A stretch of DNA of 64,000 nucleotides, taken from Botryllus schlosseri. Lineage: Eukaryota. Positions 23,201 through 35,443 of this stretch are shown here, in pieces. The stretch spans positions 15,748,001 through 15,812,000 of the forward strand of contig CM119376.1 in NCBI GenBank assembly GCA_051294905.1, written 5' to 3'. The notes beneath the pieces were generated by a model. That model had not been told where the DNA came from. It made no database searches and worked only from the letters and a program-made list of their open reading frames with translations. Position 1 is the first letter of the stretch, and every line of letters starts with the position of its first letter. A program made the position numbers and the translations under genes.

Positions 23201-26200
23201 GAAGAACAAGTTCGTGACCGGCAAGAACGGAATCACTGCGAATGCGAAACCCATTATCGCAACATTTACTGCATTGGGACTGAATGTAGTATTTTGTTTG
23301 CGACGGTTCACAGGAAAGGGGCGCTGCCGTGATGTAGCATAAGAGAACGATGCAGGCACGTCATCATCATACGCTTCCTCGCTGCTTTCCGTTGCATAAC
23401 CAGAACTTTGAGTAGACTCCGCTTTTTCGTAATTGGTCTTCGCGTCGCCCTGAACGTGTTCCAACATCAATCGCTGCAGTGTGACATCACTGGAGTGAAT
23501 CTCATTGTCGAGGTCACGAGGGAGAAATTTTTCAACAGTGTGAAAACATACGCCTTCGTCTGCCTGGAAATCGGTCCGCAGCAGGCTTTTGAGATTATTT
23601 GGTGATGTCATCATGTTTATATTGGCGTTGGTGATGTTTTTCTGAGGTGAGTTTTGCTTTCTGCAAAGGTGATAATTTCTTTCGCGCGACATAGTCTGTG
23701 TTGAAGTTTCGAGGATACTGTCTCTATACCGAAGTTTAACCCATAGGGAGTATAATAAAACGGCAAGTAAAACGTAAAAAATAGCTGTATATAAATTCCG
23801 TGAGTCCGTAATGGATTCTATTAATGAGATTCCACCCCAATCGTAGCTGAGTGTCGCCGGAAACAAGACCAGCATCACGTTACAGAAAATCAAATAATGA
23901 AAAGTCAGGCATCTTGTTAGAAGAGATTCGCTCGCGCTGGCTGGGTTGTCGCTGGATGAGAAGGAAGGGGTGGCAGACCCCTGGGAATATAGCACCCACG
24001 GAAGAACACGCAAAGAAATGATAATAAATGTTGACGCGACGAGCCGCCAGATTCTGTTTCTTAGACATCGATGATGGAAGTTCCCCTGAGCAAAAATAAA
24101 TATACAATAAAAATAATTATGTATTAGGCTAATGCCTTATTAACTTTCTCATAATACTCAAAACCACTAGCACTAGGTGAAAATAATCAACTATTATATT
24201 TCTTATGTATTGGTTTAGAAGATTTGATCATACCATTTGCATTAGCTGCTTACGTTCAGTAACTTGGCAAGTACAAAATATAACCTATATTCTATCAAAA
24301 TGCGGAAATCTTACACAGATCTATTTTGGGCAGCACATGGAGCGGCGTCAATGTGACCCATGAGCTTTCTAGTTTGCCCATGTCTGTTCCAAGCCGTCGT
24401 AAAGATTCGACACAGGTATATATGTTGTCTCGAGAAAGATCGATATCAATTTGTGAAGACTCAGTTGAAATATTTTATATCGGTTAAACGTCATTGTAAC
24501 AGCAAGGTATAGGCAGTATTGCTTCCTCAATTAAAGGGTCCCGAAATATATTCAGAGTGATCATAAAAGAAGAACAATGATATAGTTTTATCGACATAAA
24601 CGAATATCGATCGCCAGATCTTAAAATCATATATTCTGCCATGAGATTGAAATATATTCAAATATATATATAGTGCTTCATGTCGGTTCTTCTCGCGCCC
24701 TGGTATCACCAAATATAAGGACCGATAATCGTTTTATTCAAACCTAAATTTACTGGCCACTGGGTATATATCCATGGATGCTAAAATTGTTGCATGAACC
24801 ATTTGTGGGCATGTATTGCTTGTGACGTTAAATTAGATCCGCTTTGGCTTCCTTTCACGGGGATCGTTCACGGGTGGATACGTCCAAAGAAGACACCGAC
24901 GTAATGCTTTAATACAGGAGCATAATGCAAATTCGAAGTAGTCAGTTTTCAAGAACTAATGTGCCTTTGCAAGTGACTGAAATGATCAAATCAAATACCC
25001 AAATAAGAAGTTTCAAGAACGTATTTTGCGATGAGAGGCCGCAGGACATAAAATCGAGGTACATGTGGTTACAATAATTTTACTAATGAAATTGATGCAG
25101 ACCTATACAATTGCATATATAGGTCTGTATCGGACAATCGCAATAATTTACGCGATGACAGAATGGTCGGTTATGACTTACAATGCGTATATGCTGTATG
25201 TCTTTCCTATACTTGTATTCATTTAGTAAGGGGATTGGTTGTGCGCATATTACATTTACTTACCTTGGTAAATAAAACTTTGAAAATAGAAATGATTCCA
25301 AGATTAGACCGCCACCAAATATCATATGCAATACAAAGTGGCAAGGCAGCGAACCCCGTTTCTTTACTGAAACTTGCAAGCAGACCAAAAATAATCGTCA
25401 TCCCTTCCATGGCACAACCTTTCGATACGGAGGACAGACCTCCGCCAGGTTCAGGATTATAATTGTTCGGAACGCAGTCTGACTTCCAAAAGCCATCAGA
25501 ACTAGCCTGACGCTTTTGAGCCCGTGGTGATAAATTAGTCTTTTGGGCTTTTCTTTTGTTTCTCCTGTCCCTACAGTCGTTGCGACGGACAGGGCTGTCG
25601 TTGAGGCTAATTGATGACGTATTGGCGTCCGGTTTATTCAAAGTAATATGTTGCGAGTCGAGATTGTCGCAGTGATATCCGTAACAGAGTAATGCTGGAA
25701 TGAGTACAGAACACGATACGGTAGCAACTCCAAATCAAACAGTCTTGAGATATTACGAATACTCACTAGCAAACACGAATAACGCTGATAAAATGTCCGC
25801 TCTTCCCACTATACCTGCCACCGCTTCAGTGTGTATAGGATGGATCGCGAAATAAATGCCTGTTCAGAAGTTTGAACTGTGGTTAATTACGCGAAATAAG
25901 CGTAAACGCCCACATGCCTTCTGCTATCATCAATGCTAATATGTATATACCCAGCAATATCGTTTCGAAGTAACATGTAAAACAAACTTTCTTATCAAAT
26001 TGTCGAAATTGTCGAGAAGTCGAGTCGTGATCGAGTGGAAAACTAACACGTAACGTGCGATAAGATGATCTTGACTTTATCTCAGGCAAATTCGTTGAAT
26101 CTGGTGATCCTACCTGCGCCCAGGGACAATTCGAAATTCTTCTTGTGCCCACAGAAAATACGCTGCTTTATGAAGGTTACGAATAGCCACGTGGCAATCG

Positions 26201-29200
26201 CATGGAGAATTACATTGAACATATGATATGACCAAGGCTTTAATCCAGAAATAGCGAAGTTCATTCTGTAAAATTTAACGGAAATATGTTATTAGATCCC
26301 CATCACCCGTAAAGACTCATTGCAATTAAGGGAGTGAGTTCAAAGTAAAGACAAATTCGCAACTGATAGTATAAAACAAGCGTTTCAAACTTTTAAAAGC
26401 GGTAAAGGTTCACATTTTCAGTTTCGTAAAGAAACACAGGCCACGGGATTGCTATACCTAGACATGTGTCGTCTAAAAGTTCGCTAATAATCCTCCAGCC
26501 AGAACTTTCAATCCTGTCATCCAAGCCTTGCGTAGCGTGATGGCGTGGCCATGATTAAACAAGATGGAAATCTAATTTCGGTGACGATTTACTACTGTGT
26601 ACAGTTTGCACACGGTGACGTAACATAACATATGACAATGTGACATGTAATTTTGTCGTATATACACATACACATTCCGAAACGCAATACAAATTGCAAC
26701 TCACTCAACCACCATTTCTACACAACTCAATATGATGTTTCTGCGTAAAGTTAGAGCAGCAAGTGCTAATTACCATACTGCACAAGTAAGTAGACAATGT
26801 ACCCAATTAAACATATGAACGAAGTTTAATTACAAAACATACCAGAGCCCCGGGTAAAATTACGCGAAACAATCTGTCACGCTTCGACTACCAGCAACTT
26901 AGGTGATGCCGGGCATTGGGGCCTAATGCTACAATGATAGTTTCATAAGCAATCCATGGTGCTATTGAACTGGTGATAGAAAGAAAGGCTCCCAACCTGA
27001 ATGTGAGTGTAGTAACGGGTCTGAATGACTTGTGGCTTCCAGAATGAGTCATCGGGGTTCCCCAGTAGTCGTTGTGCAAGAGACTCACGATGGGCGTGAT
27101 GGAATGGACATCCAAATTTGTCACGATTGCTCGGCTGTAATCGGAGAAGTTTATTCACTTATTTGTTCGACATCAAAAGGAAGTGGCTCCCATTTGGGTA
27201 GGCCATATTCGCGCAATTTTTTGAATGTTAATTATTAAGCTTACTCACCGCCGTATTGTAAAATTTGGTCAAACTTTATATGAAGCAAAATACTGAGTTT
27301 ATGCTCAAAATTGAAATGCGACTACAAACACCATCGGAAAAATACTGCAGTTAAGGACTACAATTCCACCGACTTATAACGATTCCTAGGTTTAATGGAA
27401 CTTTGCATAGGACAATATCCAGTCCAAGAATGGACCCAATACAATTATGAGTTGTCTGGAATAATAGATCGACAGCAGTCATGAGGACTGTGTACAATGT
27501 ACTTGTACATAGAATCACCGGGAATATCACTGGGAGTTTAATCGAAATGAACGATTTTAATATGACTTCTCAAGTGCACAAAGGACGAAACCATAAGACA
27601 TCAGTGGCAGTCCGGATTGTCCGAGGAGAACTTGAAGTGGCCGGCGACAGATATATACCGGAAATCGAGGACTTCTAGAAAGTCACCGTTCCATGATATA
27701 ACAACTAAAGGGCCCTTAGCTGGAATATTTTGTTATAAGCAGTGTGCCAATGAAAATATCCTTGACTTTGTTTCTATAGTACGGCTCACAGAATCGAACG
27801 CTCAACCATGCGGCATCCACAAAAGATTTGAGATGTATGGCCTGTTCAAATCCTATATTCCTTATCCATTATGTATTGAGAGAGAGGTAAATGACTAAAA
27901 CAACGAACAAAAATAACAACCTCAGAATGTTTACCTAAGATTGTAAGTCCTACTGTTCTACTGGTCAAATACGAATATCATATGGGACTGCAAATTTACA
28001 ATCGTGCGCTGGTCGTGCCGACAAGCATTATTTCTATTTCAGTTTCAAAAACTTTCGTAAGATATGGCTGCATTCTCTTTTTGATATATTCATTGACAAA
28101 TCGGCGGATTGAATAAAAATATCGCCACTGATGTATTTCATTTTATAAGAATTGTTACTCATGAAATAAAGCTGGACCTGAATCAGCATGGAAGTACATT
28201 GCGTATCTGTGACAGGCATAATTATAAGCGCATGTCTTATTTAACAGCTGTCGCACAGTTGTAGTCGTCCAATGTGATTTAAATCGCATATTCTTGGGAA
28301 TTGATTAGTGAGACGTGCCATGATAGTATGAATAAAAATGTTCTTCACCGAATGCTTGGTGACCAAAAATGCAAGTGCATTCGAAACAAAAATATAAGAT
28401 GCGTGGGAATTGCTTGCACTCGCCATGCACTGGTCTCAGAGGAGTTGACAATATTTATTTTAGGCATGTCCATGGGAACTTGGAAAAGTCTTTGGATGAC
28501 AATACATGTATGTACGACTATACGTGTCGAGTTCATTGATTACATAGTAGGTATTATTTCAGCAGCAAGTACGAACGATATATTCTTCTGCCGCAAGCAA
28601 ATTAAGTTATGCGTTTGGTAGCTGCATTTCTTAATCGCTAAGAAAAGTATACTGAATTAATATAGTAAATTACTATTCACACACCTGACATACGTGCTGT
28701 GCCGTTTACGATCCTTGATGGATATCAATTGAGCCTTACAATAATGTGGTAAATTTCGTCTAATACAGCCATTTTCAATGTTCAGCTTGCGCGTCAATCG
28801 CGACTCAAGGTTAAAGTTAATCGGGTTACGGCGATTGTCACAAAATGGCGCGTTCTGTTGGACAAACTAACCACCGCAATTGCGAAGGATGCAATTCCAA
28901 ATTCCTAAAGATACTACTTCGTATAGAAGCTGAAAGAATGTATTTTATCAAATTGAATATTCCTGAAAATTTTGTCGCGCTTTGAGCCTAGAACGACATT
29001 GGGCCGTGTTATAAGTCGGCATCTCAGGAATAATACGAAAGAATATCAGCCTGGCGCAAAATTACTAATGAGTAGGGCAAGTTTTGTTGCAGTTAAATCC
29101 GTGGAAAGATGAACTTATTTTTGAAAAAAGTTGCAAAAGTTGCATTTTGACCACATTTTGCTCGGTTGACTAAGAAAAGGTCAACTTCACAGATTGACTA

Positions 29201-30147
29201 AACAAAAAGTCAATTTTCCAACCCAGCTCCCGAAATACCCGTAGAAGCGTTACTTCGATGCTGAGTTGCGGTGTTTCAGTCGATTTTGGCCGTGTAGTCC
29301 ACCAAAATCGAAAATACTTTCATGAAAAATCGAGAAAGTTGCAAAATGTTGCAAAAAGTTGCACGAAAAAAATGGACAAAAGTAGCAAAAAGTTGCACTA
29401 TAAGATTCCTTCAAACAGCTTAAAACAGCATTCTACATATCTTACGAGTATTTAGGAAGCTGCCGGAAGCTGTAGAAAAAAGTTGCAAAAGTTGCAAAAA
29501 CTTATGCCCTACTAATGAGTAATAACTCGCTATATATATCAACGCCAAAACAGCAATGTGTTGCAATTGTAGACTTTCGTGCGATGGAACGTTTTTCCCG
29601 TAGCCATTTCACGATAATACTATTGTCAGTTCTGGGATTCCAAAATAGGGCCTCATAAAATCCGTTGATACCAGGCCTAGATCACAGATTCAAAAGTTCC
29701 GATATGGTATTTTCGTTGGGCCCTTTAAATGAATAACAAGATTATAGTTTCTGCCAGTAACCACCACATCGGCTAGCGGAAACACAGACCACCTGAATAT
29801 ATGAACATGAACAATGAATATCGATCAAACGACACTGCGGCATGACAACCCTCATCATTTATTAGGGATGGAAAAATTACAACTTGCATAGCCTTACCAC
29901 ATTCAAAGAAATGCCAATGACGACTTGAAATGAAAATTATGATTGACAAGTATAAACTGAAAAGCTAGTATCTAGATCAGTGGTTCCCAACGTGGGCGAT
30001 ATCGCCCCCCAGGGGGCGATTTGGCGATCTAGGGGGGCGAAAATGACGAAGGGGGCGATAGGGGGGCGAAAATGAACAAAGGGGGCGACGGGGGGCGAAA
30101 ATAGCGAAGGGGGCGATAGGGGGGCGATGACGCGTCAAAACGGCTGA

Positions 30148-30178
<31 letters not shown>

Positions 30179-33100
30179 GTCATCCACCTAGCAATTCGGA
30201 GAGAAAAAAACGTTATTTTCAGCTCTGAGCGGAGAAAGATGACCTTTTTTTTTTTTTTTTTTAGTCAACCCGCCGGTGATTACAGTCTGTATGCCCAATT
30301 ATCGGTGCACAAAATTTGGGGGGCGATGATCGGTGTTGACCTTGAAAAGGGGGCGATGGGTCGAAAAAGGTTGGGAACCACTGATCTAGATGGAATGACG
30401 CACGTCATTCATTAAAGAGTAGGCTACTCCACGCTAAGGAGGGGCCCTATTCATGAGGATATTTCGGTTGCACACATCATAATTAGTAACATTGATCACA
30501 ACACAATGCTCAGGCTGGCGCGAGTATTACCGATAATCGTGTAACGTGATAAAAGTAACGAGACGTGGTTCAACGGTGAATGAAAAGTATGATTTTTCAT
30601 TAAATCTATAACTTGTGTCATCAATATTTAATGTAGGGAAGTTGAATTGGTTGAATGGATATCTAACGGTAATAACATCAAGATATAAAAATAATTACAT
30701 GAAACATATACTAATTTGCGGGTCTCAAATTACGATGCGCAAACCTTCGGGTTTGGGCCCAATGTACAAGGCTCTAATTCGCCTCATGCATGTATTTCAC
30801 GTGTGCAACAATACTGTTCGATGTGATGTGCATGTCGTGTGTAAATGAAATTTGCGGGGACATATATTAAGGGCGGAATCGGGGCCCCGGCGGAATGCTA
30901 CAGAATATGTTTTTCTATATCTACGCTTCTAGCATCGATATATCGCAGTTGCACTTGAGGTCTAAAACGGTAATATGCAAGTGTGGTCAGCAATGTTCCC
31001 TCTAAGCTGCGCACGTGCGCAATTTCACAGTGCTGACACGGTCTCTGCGCACAAAACATCCGAAGTGATGACCATTTTTTAGTCGTTACGCACTGTTGTC
31101 CAAGGGACCGCGCAGTGAGTTGGTGAGTGCGCGCAGACTGGTAAAAAATTAGAGGTAACATTTGTGGTCAGTACAGTCCTGCAGACTATAGATAGTCGAG
31201 AATCCGCATAAATATATCCAAAAATTATTTTATAATAATTGAGCCTTCAGGTTACACGATTTTCGGGTCACTGATTTCAGATTTATTTATTTTGTACCTT
31301 AGTATTATTATTACTATTATTGATTGCTCAGAATGAAACAATGTGGCGCTTATCACCTTAACGGTCCGGTGCGCCATGATCAAAATCTAGCTATCATTCA
31401 TCAGCTCCGCTCTTTTTGGGCTTGGTATGGCGCTCACTAAACGTCACAATTTAGATAAAAACAAAACTGTAATTGTTGAGACATAGACAATTACGCACAC
31501 CCGTGAGGAAAAGGAAAATCTTAGTCAACACTACAAACAGTACTACCTTATTTTGTTTGTGAATTAAACGGATTACAGTTCGAGGGTAAACTCATCTCGC
31601 CACGGGAAATTTTCCACAGCAAGTCAATTTATTCCGTATCGCGAAGCCCATGCGCAGTGCAGTCTACACACACATACGAATGGCAATATATATCGGGTTT
31701 ACGACTTCTCGAAATGCATTTTTTGCACCAGAAAAATACGTTCAAGTTTGCATGAAACTAACCGCCGATTACACTGAAGTCAACAGTGAAAGAATTACGA
31801 ATATGCGTCCGAAATAACGTCATAACAGTCATCCTGAAATATGATTGACAGACAATATTCCATCGGTAGACGTATCGTATTTTTAAAAATGAAGGCTCAT
31901 GTAAAGGTAGCCGCGTAGCTGTCAATTATATTTGAACGATCTTTCTTATTCACGTTCTCGCGATGCCATAACGTACGATATTCTTTCGTTCCACCTCCAT
32001 AACAAATAGGTAGGGAGCCTGAGAATTTAACGGGATTAGAAACCCTTGCGTGGACCGATAGAGCAGGGTGTTGGTAAACACCAATATTAAATTGGGTCGC
32101 TGAGATAAATGAGGTGATGAATAATCGTGAGACATACATAAAGGAAGGATTAAGGTCTCGCAAAGTGATGTGATAACGCGAAACCTTCTTTACAATGTTT
32201 GTTCCAGATGGTTCCGTTCCAGATACACAAAGACAAGTAGGGAATTCAAACACTGCAATGCATCACCCAAAGTTATCCCTTTCCCCCGTAATGAGAACGC
32301 CTTGTCAAGCCGTCAATTCGTTACCTGATCTAATTTTGAGTTTATACAAATCATTATTCACAGCCCTCGTACAGAGCCACGATTACCGTGCCATAAGGAA
32401 GAGTACTGCACTGGGCGGGTAATGCATTGCTTGTTACATGTTTAATTGAATTACGCACCTAACGTTGGATTTTGATGTACAAACGCTGTCATTTTTGATG
32501 CGATAACGCCCTGTGATTTGATTTGAGGGAGAGGATGCGCCCGGATCCGAATGACATGATGCGACTGATCGATACTAATCATATATCAAGTATTTGTAAA
32601 GTTATAAGGATCAAAATTTGAACATGGAAACTTCGGGCTCACATTAATTCAATCGCGCCCTGAACAAGATCATTAATAAGAGAATGCTCCAATGTCTTTT
32701 TTGTTTGTTTTGTTTTATGAATACTGCCTGTGAAAACGCTGATGCCTGAATTACACTCAACAAACAAGAACTTACGATTAAACATTTCACATTTTCGAAT
32801 CATTTTTCAACGTTCATACTAAACAAATTCATACGTCTATAATGTATACATAGCTCTATAACATGACTTATTTCGTTTATGTACGTCAGACTAAGGAATA
32901 TAAGGTCGAAGCATGGGTAATTTTAGAAAATTAGACGCATTCAACGGCGCTTTAGACTGTTGTCCGAGTAATTTTCCTCTCCAACGAATAAGCACGAGTA
33001 ATGGTGGTGTGATCAAGGGGGACTTAAAAGAGAAATATGGAAAAATCCGCCTATGATCCAATACGTTACCTAATCCCATTGAAGATACTTCAAAGGACCA

Positions 33101-33772
33101 CATGAGTCGTTATGCCATGCAATGGTTGTGACAGTTTTGTGTTGTCTAGAGAGACGTCTTACCATATAGTCTCAAATACTGCCCAGTCTCAAATACTGCT
33201 TCGTTTGCAAACACTGCAAACGATCATTCGGGGCCTACGATATCGTAGGCCCCGGATCATTATGTTTGAAATGCGTATTTGAGCCTCCACAATTAAATCC
33301 TTATCAAACATTTCCCATCAAAGGACTTTGTTTCAATGATTGAATAGGGAACAGCAAACAATCTGTACGCGATCAAAAGCCGTGACATGTCACTTATTGG
33401 AGATAAGACGTTTTGTATCAAAGTTGTGGAAACTTTGTAACCGAACGCCAGACATTGTTGGAAAAAATCGGAACTATTAATACGCAACCGAAGTGACGAA
33501 TGGGACAATAAAAGAAATCAATAAAACGACGGTTGATTAAACAGAATATTTTGCGCGTTCGAAACCCGCTTATCTTTCTGAATTATACGGAGAGCTTGAC
33601 AGGTATGCTGGGTAATTTTGTGTGAACATTCACTCTTGGGGAAAATTTCTAAAACATTAACGAAAACGTGTTTTTCTTACTTGTCATCGTATACGAAACC
33701 AGCTTCCAGAGTATTGATATAAACCAGAATCGCGAATCCAGCGGAAATCGCAGCTTCTGCGTATGGATGCAT
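17280..33772 (-). CDS. TMTC2: Protein O-mannosyltransferase TMTC2-like (GT-C TM domain, DUF1736, TPRs); 3' end uncertain
   Basis: Exons (minus) 33772-33681, 27134-26997, 26265-26114, 25859-25767, 25694-25264, 24085-23070, 22249-22145, 21332-21189, 17448-17301 (or read-through to stop at 17280). Phases are consistent; 773 codons to 17301. Motifs: NTLEAGFVYDDNRAI, NDYWGTPMTHSGSHKSFRP (THSGSHKS is TMTC2-type), HPIHTEAVAGIVGRAD, SKETG, FSSSDNPA, NLFFYVGFIIAERILYLPS, RNLDW. TPRs: AKSWSNLGNV, NMADVHYNLGLL, AYLNSGIVL. Confidence 0.92.
18052..18277. mobile_element. Degenerate hAT MITE with actcga/tcgagt subterminal motifs
   Basis: Ends tagggctgggca / tgcccagcacta; TSD only 5/8. Related fragments near 57930 and 59417. 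Confidence 0.55.
22396..22419. mobile_element. 24-bp TIR-only mini element (CAGGGAT family)
   Basis: cagggatatctaaatatatccctg with 9-bp perfect arms; flanks ttgtatat / ttgtaaat (7/8). Confidence 0.6.
22427..22846. mobile_element. hAT MITE, TAGGGTTGCATT family, short subtype
   Basis: TIR tagggttgcattta / taaatgcaatccta; TSD gttgtaaa / gttgttaa (7/8). Confidence 0.88.
29073..29511. mobile_element. hAT MITE with aaaagttgc subterminal repeats
   Basis: Ends tagggcaagtttt / aaaacttatgcccta; perfect 8-bp TSD ctaatgag. Confidence 0.88.
29978..30383. mobile_element. Buster/Charlie-type hAT MITE
   Basis: TIR cagtggttcccaac / gttgggaaccactg; perfect TSD atctagat (TCTAGA-type target); gggggcga repeats and poly-T tracts. 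Confidence 0.92.
30991..31163. mobile_element. hAT MITE (CAATGTTCCCTCTAA termini)
   Basis: Ends caatgttccctctaa / ttagaggtaacattt; perfect 8-bp TSD gtggtcag. Confidence 0.85.
33229..33254. mobile_element. 26-bp perfect palindromic micro-insertion (CGGGGCCTAC family)
   Basis: cggggcctacgatatcgtaggccccg flanked by a perfect 7-bp direct repeat, gatcatt. Confidence 0.8.
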
Positions 33773-35004
33773 TCTGCGTTACAGCTTCAAATTCACAAGC
33801 GATAATTCAACTACATATTCGCATTTTCTGAAATGTCAAATTACAGATCTAAATATTGTCAGATTTAACATAATGACATTGCACGGGGTGCGGGTGGAGA
33901 TTAGACGCGTCATTTTCACCATTTTGTCTCGATGCCTACCAGCATTTTTGAGACAGACAAATCAAATAGGCAACTGAGCATTTTCAGTTGATAGCAAACC
34001 ACGGATAGCATACTGTACGGGACGCAAGCGTGAATATGACGCGAATGTAGCAAGTATCAAAACTATAAGTATCATGGTCTGCCACTATTTAGATAATTGT
34101 ATTGTATATGCTATTTCACATTGAGTGTGCAATAGGCATGCCTCTTTCAAAGCGCTTTTTTCGTTCTGCTACAATATTTGTAGCAAATTGTAGGCCAAGG
34201 TGGCATTTTGATTGACTGACGTCGCTACGTCGCTCGACTCCTTTCATTCTTTCCACTGCATTACAACACTTCTTGTCGCATCTTTAATCGAAACAATTTG
34301 AATAAAAATGATGATGATGATGATGTTTTGTCCTCACTTCGTAAATAATCCTGTTTGCATACAATCGAAATTGACGAGCAATAAATCGATAACCAGGTAT
34401 CACAACTTTCGACACAAACACCTATCGTACGCTACAAATACGTAAAACCTGGCCTTTTCGCCTGATCGTATTCCGTGTCAAATTTCCAACCTGCTCTACA
34501 ACCGATTTCGGTCACATTGGCACAACTTTGTCTATGTACTAGATAACGTAATATACTCAATAAATTAGATTTTTGGGGTACAGGTTGATAAGCTTTAGAA
34601 GTTAAGCTGCAAATGTAGTACGATCTTGATTCCCAGGCTATAATTCCGTCTCGGCGCTAAATTTGAGATTACTTTTCTCATGTACCGTAACGTAGCGACA
34701 TATTCACTAATCTACTTTTACGAAATGACTTGTCTTTGGAACGCTACCTACCTACACCATGCGATAGTGCTATTTGTCCAGCTGACTAGACGCCCGCACG
34801 AGATGCCAGTTCGGCATTCGCAATGAAGCGTATGACATCGGGTAAGCCAATGTTTCGTTTTCGATTCGCTATGATTTCGCGCTGGTGTGATCGCTCAGTG
34901 ATCTTGCTCTGAACAGACGGCGTTTTAGCGACTGTAAGCGGACGTACATGTCTATTCTATAGTCACGCTAGAGGTCATATATCGTCATCAAGCATAATAG
35001 AAGT

Positions 35005-35443
35005 GGTGTCCGGTCAATACCGAGAAAACCATTACCGAGAATGCCATTACCGAGAATGGACACCACCGAGAATGGACATTACCGAGAATGGACACCACAG
35101 AGAATGGACATTACCGAGAATGGACACCACCGAGAATGGACATTACCGAGAATGCAATATATGCAATGCAGGCATGTTATGCATATGCACAGGTCGTGTG
35201 AGTGCATCACGGCATTGCCACATTCGGTATCGATGCTCCGGTATAAATTTCTCGACAACGTCAGTCCCAGTAAGCTATATTCTTGACATTGGCCATTCTC
35301 GGTAATGTCCATTCTCGGTGGTGTCTATTCTCGGTAATGACCATTCTCGGTAATGTCAATTCTAGGTAATGTACATTCTCGGTAATGACATTCTCGGTAA
35401 TGTCCATTCTCGGTAATGGTTTTCTCGGTATTGGTATAGAGCC
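35005..35443. mobile_element. Foldback/MULE-like non-autonomous element with 16-bp tandem arrays in both arms
   Basis: GG...CC termini; perfect 9-bp TSD aatagaagt (34996-35004, 35444-35452); left arm (gagaatggacattacc)n, right arm its inverse. Confidence 0.85.

Noticed and set aside
29977-30183. Poly-Lys ORF
   Set aside because: Poly-T tract within a MITE.
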